DNA from: Takakia lepidozioides
Taxonomy: Eukaryota; Plantae; Bryophyta
Direction of reading: 5' to 3'
Length of the DNA: 64,000 nucleotides
Assembly: GCA_030704615.1 (NCBI GenBank)
Contig: CM060733.1
Location: 35,774,001 to 35,838,000, forward strand
Shown: piece by piece, positions 1-13,429 of the stretch
Numbering within the stretch: position 1 is the stretch's first letter
How the letters are laid out: the number at the start of each line of letters is the position of its first letter
Notes under the pieces: generated by a model
Seen by the model: the letters and a program-made list of their open reading frames with translations, nothing else
Databases searched by the model: none
Told to the model about the DNA's origin: nothing
Position numbers and translations under genes: made by a program

Positions 1-2060
1 TAGTGTTAGTAGGATATTTCAATACTCGGGAGAAAATCCAAGACTGCTACATATTTCACCACCTCTATTTCATCCTTGGCCCAGATGTGCAGGATGGGAG
101 CTCAGAGAGGGGTCCCCAAATAACCTATTTTATAACAGACTATGACATCATGCTGGAGAGCTATGGTCCACAGACACTTATACCAAATATATATTTGAGG
201 AAGATAGAAAAATAATTAAGATTGTTGCATTCACATAAGGCTTGCCCTTCCACTTACTTACACACGAACACTACAATCATAACTGTATACATATACCTCG
301 TTGGCTCCAACACTCATACTAATAGTAAGCTGGTGTATCAAAACATTGTTATCCTTTGCAGTGCAACGCGCCATACAGGCGAGCTTGTGGATTGCACCAT
401 TGTTGAAAACATCTGTAACTTCTTGCTGCGGTTTCCCTGATTTTACTCTTTCTGTAGAATACACTACCAACAATCACACAACAAAATAAGACAGCATTCT
501 CAGAATGTCAGACCAAACTCTATTATATGCCTCTTGTGCACAGGTTTCCGTAGGTCACAGAAGTCACACTTCATCATCCTACCTAACAGGCCCAGCTTCC
601 ATGTATCTCTCAAGAGATTGAAGTTTAGTCCTTCACAAGTTTGTCAGAAAATAAACAAGATGCAGAGATCATGGCGAGTTGCTTGAGAATTTGTTGTCCC
701 TAGTTATCCCTAGTTATCCCTACAAGACAGTCAGGAAGCAAACAATCCTCCAATAGCAAGCACGTGGACAGCAAAAATAGCTGAGAAGGAAGTACCTTTC
801 ATCAGAATCACTTTTGGTCTCCACATCAGAGTCATCAGCATCTAAATTTTTTATGGCCAGCCTGTCCTCTGTATCCCGTTTTGATCCTGCACAGAGAAAG
901 CCATGTACCCCTTTCATTACATCACAGAAAAACAAGAACCCACCATGCACCTCCTTCCCCTATAAGTGTTTGTTAACCCCGTCAACCCACCATCCAGACA
1001 CAAGCCCCAAGATTATCTGTGTACCAACAATCCACAAAATTGCACCATAGCAGAATGAAAGTCACCTTCTAAGTCTTTCAGAATTCTCCTTCCTGCGATC
1101 CAGATCATCTGCTGCCAAACCCACTTCCTAATTGAAAGCACCATGTTAGATCTGATGTCAATTCTTCAGCCCAAAGAAAAAGTGGCGAGGTAGATAATTG
1201 GCCTTGGCTCCTTCAATCCACTAAGCCAGGTCAGTATGGCAGTCAAGCTCACCCCTTTCAGGCGGTAACAACACCTGCTGAGTAATGATCATGTGCATCA
1301 AACATCTTAGTATATATATACATATACACCCACATATATAGGTTCAAAATTTCCGGAGTTGGAAACTCTGCATACCAAGAAGCAGCGGTCAGGGAAATGA
1401 ACTATGTCATTAAACCCAACATAAAGCGGCCCTGGAATCAACAAGGAGTTCCCTTTGAAAATTAGCACACATGTCCAAACATAGACGAACTCAACTACTG
1501 AAGTGAAACGGAAAGAAAAAATTGAAAGTAGGGAAGCTGACCTGAGTAGCCTCTATCCTTGGAGGCTACTCCAAAATGGCGGCGTTCCCGGCCCTGAAAC
1601 TCTTCCGTCAGGTCTCTCTTTCTCAAATCATCAGAGGTGTCTTGGCCACCTTTCCTGTGGTAGTACAATACAAACGGTCATCAACTCGATATTCGTAACT
1701 CCAAACTAGATGGATACACCTAGCCTAGGACTACCTTAATTCAAAGACAGGACCACAATAACTGAGAGCGAAGAATGGGGGAAAATGAACCCCAATCTCG
1801 TCTCAGACCTCAAGCAAGGCATACAGACACGACCATTCCCTGCAGGAATTCTGACCAAAGAAAACCTAGGGACAATTGAAGCCTAAAACCTAATCTAAGC
1901 TCAGACCTCACGCAAAGGCATAAAGTCTGCAGGACACTTGACCCACAATTGAACAGATTACATGACGATGGTGAGGAAGCAAAGCCACATACAACAGTAC
2001 CTGCAAGGTTAGTACTATGCTATGATGCTACCACAAGTTCATAGAATCAAATGAATTTTA

Positions 2061-2620
2061 CCTTGTGATGATTGGTTCCAAATGTTGCATCGCATGCAAC
2101 AATGCCAGCATGCCCCAATTTCAACATTCTTTGCTTTCGCCACATAGTCCGTATCCCAATAGTGAATGTCAAATCACCATCCTAATGCATGAAGGTAGGT
2201 GCCAAGGTTTCCTCTTGATAGAAGAAGACTGAATCATGATTTTGGTCTCCTCTTGATAGAAGAAGATTGAATCAGGATTTTGGTCTTTCCACAGCCGAAC
2301 AGTACGAGGATCGATTTTTTTTTGTGTTCTTTTAAGGTTTGTCAGGTCCGTTTCTCAACCAGGTTGCATGCGCAAACATCATGCTCCAAAAGGAAATCGT
2401 CATGTGTCCATGCATCTCCCAAGCCAATGTTCATCATTTCGTGCTCTTTATGTTCCATCATGATTTGGGCCATCTACAAACCTCGACACAAACATTCCAT
2501 GATCCATGCTTTCAGTTCTTCAACGATATGTGGAGCAACGATGTTCCGGGGTGCTCTTGATCCATGCTTTCAGTTCTTCAACGATATGTGGAGCAACGAT
2601 GTTCCGGGGTGCTCTTGAAC
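2061..2620 (-). pseudogene. Remnant of a Mutator-like (DDE/SWIM family) transposase, paralogous to the one at 33-36 kb
   Basis: Minus-strand translation gives APHIVEELKAWIMECLCRGL*...DDFLLEHDV and SVFFYQEET...DLTFTIGIRTMWRKQRMLKLGHAGIVACDATFGTNHHK|gt. This matches SVFFYHEET...FVIGIQTEWQKQKMIDLGH...YDATFGTNENK|gt at 34.0-34.15 kb, including the intron position. Stops are present. Confidence 0.85.
2500..2618. repeat. Tandem duplication, two copies of a 58-bp unit, inside the transposase remnant
   Basis: tgatccatgctttcag...gtgctct occurs at 2500 and again at 2558. Confidence 0.9.
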
Positions 2621-4959
2621 TTCAATCGAGGAACCATGGAAGAGTTTACTTTCCGCATCCACCATCTTCATAATGTTCTAGTATGTGACCACACAAATAT
2701 CATGACTCAGGAGCAAGCAAGATACTTATTAGCACTGCTGCACCTTGCAACGACAGTGACAAGCACGCTTGTAAGACTCCCCGTAGTCAGATTTCTTCAT
2801 CCTTGGGCCTTCAGGAGCCTTTATGAGAGTGACTTGATCCAGCTCCTCCCCGACCATCCCCGCACGGCGTGGGGAATCGGGATGGACAGGCGGGGGGGCC
2901 CGCCGCTGTCGTGGGTCGTCCGCATTGAAGCCCTTAATATTTGATAATGAGAGGAATGAGTTGCCTGGTAGGCTGGTTTAGTCGACATGATGGATAGTAG
3001 TACCAGCCTACCAGCCTGGTGTCGATGTGTTTGCATCCCACTACGTACTGGCTCCTGACTCAATAAAGGCGTCCGTGGAGGAATGCTGCAGTTCATTAGC
3101 GTGCTGGCCTTTAATGCGTGCGCGTGGGACCCGTTCAGACTCCAGACTCCAGAGGGTGGCTGCGGGGAACATGTGCCGACTCCCGAGCTCACGAGTTCCA
3201 GAAAAGGCGGAGGTCTTCGACAGTGAGGTCACTCTCATGCGGAAAAAGCTCGATTTGAATGTGACTCCAGAATTGCGGGAAGGTTTTCTTTTCTGGGGGT
3301 CAATTGGATAAGTTAGGTCTTTAGATTTTCGTTTTGCGTCCATAAGTATCTGAAGCAGCTGATCTCATGAAGGTTCTGGAATCTGCAGTTGTTTGTTTGC
3401 TATGTGAGCTGCAGCCTGCGAGGTCATTCTTTCTATGTAGCCAACTTGCCTTGATTAGGTGACCGACTTCTTCGCCGCCGCATGCTTTACTTTGAACAAG
3501 AGCCTTGGTACTCTCTGCATACCTATTTTGAAAGGGATGTCTGACATGCCTGTTCCCTCTATGCAATCACAGAGGTTGCAAGTTGCAAGGAAAAAATCCA
3601 TGTCAAGGGATTGAAGCTTGGATTCAAGTTCTTTGTCATCGTAACATAGCTTCAACTTCAAAGCTTTCCTGTTGCCTTTCTATCCATGTCATTAGCATAA
3701 CAGAGCTTGTAAGTTCAGGAGTTTGTGTCAAAGGATTTAAGTAGCAAAACTGGATGCCACAATCCCACCCCATTCATAATTATTGGAGCATTTTGAATGA
3801 GTCAACGAAGTCAAAATTCCGACCTCTTGATCCAATGATCATTGTTTTCTGTGTAAGAAAATGGAAATAGGAATATAGCAGGTCCAGTGCATGTCAATGT
3901 TGATAATCAGTTCAACTGTACCGCAAGTTTCGAATTACTGTACTCTGTTTGGTTGGTGACGGAGCTGTACCAGTTTCTTCAACCCCCAGTTTTCCTTGTG
4001 ATGAGAGGTTTGCAGCTCAGGTCCACATGCAGAAATGCAGGAAAGCTCATAAATTCAGGGTGGAAAGCAACAGCAAGGCAAAGGTGACATACATGTCTGG
4101 AGGCATAGATTCATCAATCCCCCCTAAAAGACCAGCCTATCTTACACTGGGCCCATAAATTGTGTTGGTCCCTCCAAAAGGCAACCTCAATGCTGTAATT
4201 TCTTGCAACGTCAAAATTCCGCATACAAGACGAGATCCTGCGCCGCTACTCTCTCCTACTTATTGACAGCCGATCCCTGACAGAGGTACCTACCTATTGC
4301 AATAGGTATGGGGATCAGAACTCATGCCTTCTGGCACATTTTCATGAGGCTCTCCACCTTTGAGAGCTCTTTAAGTTAGATTCTACTTTTTTGTTTCTAG
4401 GTTCCTTCTCCTTCTTCCCGTTAAGAGCCAGCTTCCATGTCAAATTCCAGAGGCTCCTCCTCTCCTAAAATCTTACTTTGGATGAACATCACTAGCATTC
4501 TGTAACGCTGTGGGCCCGTGACAGGAAAAGACAAAGGTGTCAGTTAACTTAGCGGGGCCGCGAAACTCTGTGTGTTGATCAAGTTTATGGCAAGTGCTCG
4601 TGTGCTGGGAAAGCTGGGAGCGAGTGCGCACAATTCAGGCATAACCCTAAAGCTGCATATACAGTAGATATTCAGTGACACAATAAAAATAACTATATTC
4701 ACCACGTTTTCAAGGTGAAACATGTACCATACTTACCGAGGGTGCTGACGTGGGGGCGCCTGCTGCCCCCCCAGGCCGCACGTCCGCGGCCCGGCTCAAT
4801 CTGCCGCGCAGGCAGCCGCCGCGGCTCATTTCTGGCCGGCCTGAAGTCTAGTTCACCACTGAGTGCGCACTGGTTTCTCCCTTGCGATGCAGCAAGCTGG
4901 TCGGGGAAGTTTGTCTTGAGACTGCTTGCATGCACACCATCTTCCCCTGTTCCAAAGCC

Positions 4960-7339
4960 ATGGCCCTCTCTTTGTCAGCGCAAAAGGAAGCTAGACCACA
5001 TGTGGTGATTGTACCATTACCCGTGCCAGGCCACACTAATCCTATGCTGCAACTCTCTAAGCAGTTGGCTTCCCTTGGTGTCATTGTGAGCTTGGTGAGC
5101 TTAGACAGGCACATTAAGCAGCTGCAGGAGGAAGGACAAGCAGCCAGAGTTGGGCTTGAACCTGCTATGGACTTCCGACTGGTAGGTCTGGGGGAAGATT
5201 TCCCAGAAGGCAAAGAGTGCTTTGACTTATGGCTCCGCAGGCCCGATAAACTAGTTACCTGCCTACAGGATGTTATCTCAAGGATGTCATCAAAGTCAGG
5301 GTTGGATTCTGGATTCGGGCCAGCTCCTTGCTGTATTATCTCGGACTTCCTTGCTGGATGGGCCCAAGATGTGGCAAACAAATTCAACATTCCTAGGCAT
5401 GTCTTGTTCACCTCACCTGTGGGAATGTTGTCTCTCCTGTTATCGGTACGAACTCATCCTCCCCCAACCTGATTGTGTTCTTACAACCCAGATCCCTGGG
5501 AGTCCTGTCTTTCTACAACATCTTCTCCACCCGTCCAGCTGACATAATTCTGGTCAACACTTTTGAGCAAATGGAACACCAGGTCTTTGAATCCCTTCGT
5601 AATGAAGTCCTCCGTACACAGACAGTGAAGGTCAGTATGATCCTATACCAGTCTTTTGATCCCTGTAACAATGTTTCATGTATCTTGGTTCTAATTGATC
5701 TACAGATTCTTCTGATCACTATATTCTCCAATACCTCCAAGGATGAGTGAGGGATGAGTTGGTTGTTTGTGTGGAAGTAATGCATGCAGATAGTGATTAG
5801 TTAATTTCTTGCTAGTAAATCATCTCCATACCAACGAAACATGCTTACTGTAGGTGCGGAAGTGCCGGTTGGCCCGCTGTTGTTGGCTGAAAAGGCTGCC
5901 ACCAGCATAATAAAAAAATGCAAAAGCACAGAGCTGTTATGAAGAATGGTTGGACACTCAATCTCCTTCCTCCGTTCTCTTCGTGGCACATGGAAGCGTG
6001 GCTACTGTCTCGGCTGAACAGATCCATGAGCTTGCATTGGGGCTAGAAGCCAGCGAACAGCCTTTCCTGTGGGTACTTAGACCACCTGATTCAGCTCCCG
6101 CTCATGCAGGTCAAGCGACGCCATCCATCTCCGAATACCTCCCTCCAGGTACGATTCATTGCAAGCCGTTGGAATGTTGAGACAAAAAGAACTATCCTTA
6201 CAAACACCTCTACTTACATTAGTTGCCTTGGGCCCTTGAACTCCCTGGATGTGATGCGCAAAGTGTGCCTTACAGGCTGTGTATCTCTCTAGGCAGGTAT
6301 TAACTAGTGGAAGGCCAAATATCTAATAGGTTAGGGACTTGTTTCAAGACATTGCAACTGTAAAATGCTCATACCAGCATCCCTCTCCTTAGACTGCCGC
6401 TGGAGCTTCGTAGCATGGTTGCACATGTAGGTGCTTCTTGTTGAAAGGTAGAGCGACAAACCCTAGGCTCAGTTTTTACATGGATCCAACTCAAAATGGA
6501 GTCAGGTTTCTCTTCTGCCCCCAGGATTTGAAATGCGGATGAAGGGGAGGGGACTGGTAGTCCCAGGTTGGGTTTCCCAGCTGCAAGTGCTCTCCCACCC
6601 ATCAACAGGGGCTTTCCTGACACTGTGGGTGGAACTCGATGTTGGAAAGTCTTTGTGTGGGCCACCCATTGCTCGCTTGGCCAATTGAGGCAGAGCAGAG
6701 GATGAATTGCAGGTCAGAGTTCCTCCCTGGAGCTGAGTTTTTTGTGTCGGGCTAATATCTAGTAGAAATAGACTCTACTTTGAATCTGTAAAGTTTAAAC
6801 AGCAGATTCAAAGTCAATCTACGTTAGAAAGTTGGGAAGGTGCAAGGGAGCTATGATGGTTCGTGGGAATCACAGTTCAAAAACTTCCAATCTATCTTAG
6901 CTGCAACTCTATGCACATTCTCCTGTCAAGGTGCGCCAGCAGTGCAATCACGGATGGAAGTGTCTGTGTGCTTCTCTTTAAAAACTATCTTGTGAGGCAG
7001 CCATCCAGACGCCATATTCATGAGCAAGTCTGAATTATGAAATAACGATGTCTCCTCTTGACCATTCTATGCCACAGGTACATGGTGGATGTATTGAAGA
7101 TTGCCTTAGAATTCAAGCGACAAGCAGATGGAGTGGTGGAGAAGGAAGAAGTGGAGAGAGTGGTGAGGGAGCTCATGAGAGGGGAGGAGGGTATGGCAAT
7201 TCGAACCAGGGTAGGGAAGCTAAAAGATTGTGCTCATGAGGCTATGGCCGAGGGTGAATCCTCAACTAAAAACTTGCTGGCATTTGTGGAGGAGCTCAAG
7301 TCCCGAATTTTGCAGACCAAGACTTTGCAGGTAGAATGA
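4960..7339 (+). pseudogene. Family-1 UDP-glycosyltransferase (UGT) pseudogene with introns
   Basis: N-terminal PHVVIVPLPVPGHTNPML, CIISDFLAGWAQDVA, WLDTQSPSSVLFVAHGS and ELALGLEASEQPFLWVLR. PSPG-box exon at ~6525-6711 ([28 protein letters not shown]...WPIEAEQ) is frameshifted near 6620. Stop near 5470. Last exon 7078-7339. Confidence 0.9.
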
Positions 7340-10300
7340 TTGTTGACACCATCTCTCTCACCACCTCTTGTGCCTTGAGGCCTGTTGGCACAGGTTGGAT
7401 TCAAAGTGAACCACGACTCCTTGCAACCCCATCCCTGCTGAAGGCCTTCATGGGAGTACTTGACATAAATGTTGGACATCCAGGAGTAAAAATTACATAG
7501 TAATTTATTCTCAATTCTTCAGTGATGAGGGTCACAATGGGGACCGTTATGACAGCCGAAGCTCTCATCTGGCCAAGGGGCCAGTTGGAGAGTTAGGCGC
7601 ACACACTAAAGCCATTAACTACGATTTGAAGGGGAGTTTATCAAAGGGAGGTGCGTATCACTGAGTAAAAAATTGTTCACGGTTGTAGTCCCTCCCCTTC
7701 CACGCGAATAGACCTCATCTTTGTTGACTGAAAACTGACAAATCCAAGTCTTCGACCATAGCCCGAATGGGGTGTACTGGCATGTCTTAAAACGAAACAC
7801 ATACAGAATTCAAAATGAAACCACTCAGCTGGGCTGTAAACTGAGATTGATTCAAGTCAAGAAGGGTCCAGAAGTCTCTGGTATCCCAAGGGTGATTACT
7901 TCCGTAAAATACTCCCCTGAGGTTGTTGTACCATTCGTCTCAGGCAGTGGCTGCCTCATGCGAGAGGCCATTTCCATAATATATCCAATGTACTCTGTAG
8001 CAAAATTTACAGGTAAAGGTCTGTCAAGTGTTGGCGTTTGTATTTTAGGGGCAGTTCTCAGGCAGTCTAGCGTAAGACGTTTTTCTTTCAGTTTTCCAAA
8101 ATCGCCACATGTGATTTCTATCCAGTGCCCATCTGGCGAGAATAGCCACGTGGCATATTTAACTGGTCCACGTTGGCAAAATTAGGCTCCTGATATTCAA
8201 CTGCTGGCGCTTTTTGGTGAGATTTTCGGATTCTACTGCCAGGATTGAAAAAAACACTGAAGAGGACAAAAGGGTTTAAATCTGTGGATTTGATAGTTTC
8301 CCCAATTTTTGCCCCATCATGCCCAATAGCTCTCTACTGGATTCTTTTTGGGTGGACATTGGCCTTGTCAAGTGTAAAGAGGCCCTTAACACTTACAAGT
8401 GTAACATATCAATGTCAAAATAACAAAGATCAGTATTGGGGCTCATATCAGGATTGGATTGGGGTCTCAACAGACCCACTTCAATCTGCTTCCTCCCACA
8501 TGAGTATACATTTTATGGATAGTGTCTTGCTTTGCAAAACATCTCTCTTTGTCAGGGATGTTATGACAGCATCCGGTCTTTGCTGAAAACAGTGGAAATG
8601 TACATTGGTAGAAAGGAGAATACATTAATTCCCGCACCTCCTCTCCTGTACTGGTTCAATGTTTCTCTCAAATTCATGCTAATATTGTATGTATCTAAGT
8701 GCGGACATGGTAGGGAGTGGTTCACCCAACCCAATCCTAAACTGATTTCTAAATACATACAAAGTGGAGACAAATTAGTTATAGATGGGGTATGAATTAA
8801 CACTTGAACACTTACACTCAATTTTTCAAAAGAGGGAAAAATATACCTAACAATGAGTGCAGTGTAACAAGGATAGTTGGTAATTCTATTGTATTTATCT
8901 GAAAAGACAATAGGTTTGCGGTTTGTGCACAACTGGTGGCAGTGACATCGCCATCAAGAGGTACGTTAGGTGGGGTTAGTCTCTAGGTAGTTAACGGAGC
9001 GGACGAGTGTCTTGATGAGGGACTCCGATAGGTGACAGGGATGCTGTCAATTTGTTGAGGCAAATAAAATCGGGGCGATTCACATGCTGGGATTGTTCTG
9101 TTCAGAATTCCTTATATGTAAGTACGTTGGAAAATGAAGTACATGGTTACAGAGTTCAATTGCACCATCCAAATCATTGAATTGGATGAATTGATCATTC
9201 TGTGTCCTTCCAGGCTCCATAAAAAACATTTGACTTGGGAAGATTATTTATCACCCACTTTCCAATAACCATGTACAGCCAGGATGAAGCTCCCGGACAG
9301 GACAGAACCGTAGAAATGGTTTCATCTACTTCATTCCAAAGCTCTATGTTCCTGGGGAGACTTTTCAAAGCAACCGATGGATCCCCATGCGAGATAGTAG
9401 GTGGATGACAGTTGGGACTTTGGGTCCTCCCTCGTCCCGAACTTTCTTCAAGCCCACCGCGTTGCGCACATCCATGTGTTCGCCAAAACAAACCGCAACA
9501 CCTTCTCCATTGTTATCCCTAATGGTCAAGTGGAATCAATCGAGCATGTGAGCATGCTCACGCCAGCGGGCGTGAGCACGAAGGCATATTCCAAATATTC
9601 CAAGAATATGCAATTACGAAACCAAATGCGCTCACGCGGTAAGAAAACTATCTGAAAATCGTGCTCACGCGAAAAAAAATCATGAAATTAATCGTCCAAA
9701 GTTTAGCTCGCATGAGCACAAAGACCCACAAATATATCTGCCAGAACTCAAAGATCCGCGCACGTAAACAATGTGGCAAGAACCACCCATAAAGGGTTTC
9801 ACCAACGAAACTCAAATGGTTTTTGCCAGCGAAACTTGGTTTCATCTGTGAAATTGGGGTTTGGTTTTGGTTTTTGTTGTTTTGCTAAGGTTTCTCCCTT
9901 TCGAGCTCTTTCTATATGTTTAAGATTATATTTAGACACCATGGAGACCCTATTAACGCAGAAGGACCCTATGTTCGTCTATTATATGTATTTCCGCTAA
10001 CATACATATCACCCCTATAACCGTGGATCCTGCTTATGTGGCGATTTTTGTGCTCACGCAGTACCAACATATCAACCCCCCAATGAATCTAGCACTGCCA
10101 GTTTGATTGCACCTCTGCAACCATGATTTGGTCTAACGTTCCAAGCTTCTGTTCAACATGAAAATTGTTTCATGCACTTGCTAAACCTACACAAGAGACA
10201 GGTTTGGGCTCATTGTCCGGTCACGAAGGTAGACAAACCTATAGTGGCTCCTTTAAGAGATGCAGGGCGGCACGTTCCAAGTGTACAGTGTTGCCATATA

Positions 10301-11059
10301 TATTTTCTGATGTGGGCACAAGGAGATGAACTTTACTGAGAAACCAAACTTAAGAAATTTGAAGTAATATGTAATATTGGTGAATATTCAACGTGAAAAC
10401 ACAGAATAATCCTTGAATGGACCAGTAGGGGGTACTATTTTGAACAGCAAGTCTGGAGTCAATGGTGCCCAAAAGGTGCGCCTCATCTTTCACTTCACTG
10501 CATCAATTCTAGCGACGACCTTTGTCGGAAGCTAGTTTAGCATAGAGCAGGAATAGGGATGCCATAGTGCCTCGTCATCATCGCCATGTCATGGTCGCCA
10601 TGTCATTGTAGCCACATCATCATTGTCAAATGTTTTGGAATCTGCCCGGAATGCCCGAGCAAGGAGAAGGATGATGTCGTCCCGCGTGCTTGAGCGCCTA
10701 GGGGTTTCACACACCGATCTGAGGGAGATCGTACATGGTGGATGCTGCACAACCTTTTTCATCTTGCAAATGTGGGCTTTTGGCTCCTGTTAGTACCATG
10801 ATTTGGTGTTCTTTTGGACGTTTATAAAGTTTTTGGGAGAGTCAGCTTGGGTGTTTCAAGCGCACCGTGGTGGTTCTCACATACCAATCCGACATTCCCT
10901 GACTACATACACAAGCAGCACACACAAGAGGTCCTTTTGGGTTGATGGTCGGTCCAATCCTCCATGGGTCATGACACACGGTCAAGGACAATGTGGTGAG
11001 GGCACCTTCTTCTTCGACCTATTTCAGCTTGTTTTGCCCTCTCATCAGACTCGGCCCTG

Positions 11060-11490
11060 ACAAGTTACTGCCGATGTGGCAGCAGGAAAGTATCCAAAAA
11101 CAGATAACCGAGATGAGGAGAAGCTTTGGAATGATTTCCGACCCCAGTCAATGGTGGGACAATGGAGACAAAAAGGTGAATGCCTACTGGACTACAAAGA
11201 GAAGTAGATGCAATTCAGACTTGGAACTATTAGTAGGGTTGGGGTGTTTGCTGGAAGAACTTCACGCCGCTGTCAGTGTCAGCTGCTAGCAGCAAGGCTG
11301 AGGATGTATTCATGATTTGTACACAGGCAGGGATAGCTGAAGGACCAGAGGTAGAGGTCCAGATTCATCCAAGAGGGCCGGATTTCAAACACAAGATTAC
11401 TTCTGATTCCCTGTGGATCAATAGCTACAAGAAATCTGCGTGGGTAGATGGTCAACTGGAAACAGCAGCTTTGCAGCAGCACAATTGATA
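11060..11490 (+). pseudogene. OSB-type PDF-motif gene fragment (copy 1)
   Basis: DPSQWWDNGDKK | intron | IHPRGPDFKHKITSDSLWINSYKKSAWVDGQL resembles the PDF motif of organellar ssDNA-binding (OSB) proteins. Near-duplicate of 13430-13850. Confidence 0.75.
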
Positions 11491-12199
11491 GAACAAGGCA
11501 CTGCCAATGAAGGCACATTTTTCAACACATTTCAGCCTGTTTTTCCCTGTTATCAGAGTCGTCCCTAAATTTTCTGCAATTCTGCAAGTTAGCTCGTTGG
11601 TGGATCTATGGTGGTCAGTTTATGTGGGAACTTTGCAGTTAGTCATGACAGTCTGAATGGTGGGTGACTGGTGAGCTCCTCTTCTGACAGAAAGCTAGGA
11701 TCGTCATCCCCAGATCAGTCTGCACAACCAGGAATTGTAGCAAGACTGGTCTGGGTATATACATTAAGTGTCGAACAAGCTGGCACCTCTGTTTCCTTTG
11801 GAGTCGCTTCTTGTTTCTAAACTTTTGGAGTTCCTAGAAATTCCAAAGAAAAGTATTATGTTGTCATGATGCTTGCATCTGCACTATGCCAACTCCTGCT
11901 GTGGAATGTTATGTTAGATGGAGTTCCTAACATATATGGGATGGTCCTGCCAGATGGGGAGCATCAAGTCGGCCAGATTTTACCTGCAAAAGTACTGAAG
12001 GTATGTCTTCCATTTATTTTCTTATTTGATGCAACAAGAAAGTGCCGAGATTATTATTGGGTACAGGTAGATGTAATCCAGCAAAATGTTCATGGTCATA
12101 TTTATGGGAAGGGTACAGAGGTTAGAATGCTGGCTAGCTTCTGCCTGCTGAAATCTTATCACAAACTTTGGGATGTTCTCTGTCTACATAACAGAGACA

Positions 12200-12921
12200 G
12201 AGTCATGGTTTGTGGATTCTCTTGAAGAATGGCGGAAGGCGAAAAAGCTAGTTAGCTTCATTTTGCTTGGCCACTTGCTTGGAGGCTGTGTGGCAGGTTG
12301 ATACGCCCTCAAGGTGTGCGTTTAACTACTAAGCCCTTCTCTTTCATCACATGAATTGTGGGTTTATTGCATATTAGGGGACTAGATTTTGGAAATTGCT
12401 TGGCCATGGTCACTGATTTGGGATTGTTGCAAGAATGAGAAAAATAGATGCAGGGATAGTAACCATTCAAAATCCGATCCACTTGTGCTTGTGCTAAAAA
12501 AACATCTCATTCTTGCAAGAGGACAACTGTTACTGTGTAGACCCATGTTACTTTCTTGTCCCTGCCCTGAATCCTGCTGGTGTTTGAAAATGGTGGACTT
12601 GTTTTTGAGGGGTCGCAGTCAGTGTGTGTGTGTGTGTATGTGTGTGTGTGGTGCATAATTTTGTTTCACTCCAACATTCTCTGTCGTTCTACCTTTCTGC
12701 AATGCTTAGACTAGACATGTTAGCAAGCAAGATTAATTGTAGTCCCCTTTCTTTCTTTCTGTGTGCATACAGCATCCGGAGCATGTGCAGCATCTTGTGT
12801 TGGTGGGTTCAGCAGGTTTCTCTCCTGAGTCAGATTGTTTCGTGCAATTCAGGTCAACTTGGCGTGATGCTCTTGCCAATTTCATTTGGGAGTCCAACCT
12901 CACCCCACAATCCATCATAAG
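12200..12921 (+). pseudogene. Two orphan exons of a CGI-58/ABHD4-5-like alpha/beta-hydrolase
   Basis: WFVDSLEEWRKAKKLVSFILLGHLLGG..G*YALK|gt ... ag|HPEHVQHLVLVGSAGFSPE...WESNLTPQSIIR|gt. Contains an in-frame stop, and no other exons were recognised. Confidence 0.75.
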
Positions 12922-13429
12922 GTATTTGTTTGTGTTGACCTAGTATACTATGTCAGTGGTTTGCTATGTATTCCCTCTTTCCTTCCTTCTCCCTCACCGA
13001 AACCAGGGTCTATAGCCACAAGCAAGTCTAATGAGTCATCTCTTCTGTAGTGATGAGAGCACTCCTATGACACACTACCAGAATTACTGGTTTTCAAAAT
13101 TACACACTAGGATTCAATAACATTGGTGAGTACATCTGGAATAGATTTACTGACAGGACAGAGAAGATAACCCACCAGACAACAATTTGGTCTCCTTTTC
13201 ATTCAATGTATTGCCTGAGGCATATGTCCCAAACCTTGCTGCTGCATACTTGCAGACCAAATTTGGACTCCAAGGCCCTAAACTCCTGCACAACATGGGA
13301 AACTATATCAACATAGACTGCACATGGTAGGCTTCTGTCAAACAGCCAATATACAACCTCATCGAGATGCACAGACTCTCATGGCACAACAGTCCATTCA
13401 CAACCTACAACCAGCGGAGTGATTTCGAC

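Noticed and set aside
4-588. Possible LTR (TGTTAG...CTAACA)
   Set aside because: The TSD cannot be tested at the window edge, and there is no convincing PBS/PPT or second LTR.
6369-6684. Minus-strand ORFs as a LINE fragment
   Set aside because: They are the antisense of the UGT PSPG-box exon.
7615-9500. Short ORFs as genes
   Set aside because: No recognisable domain; probably decayed repeat sequence.
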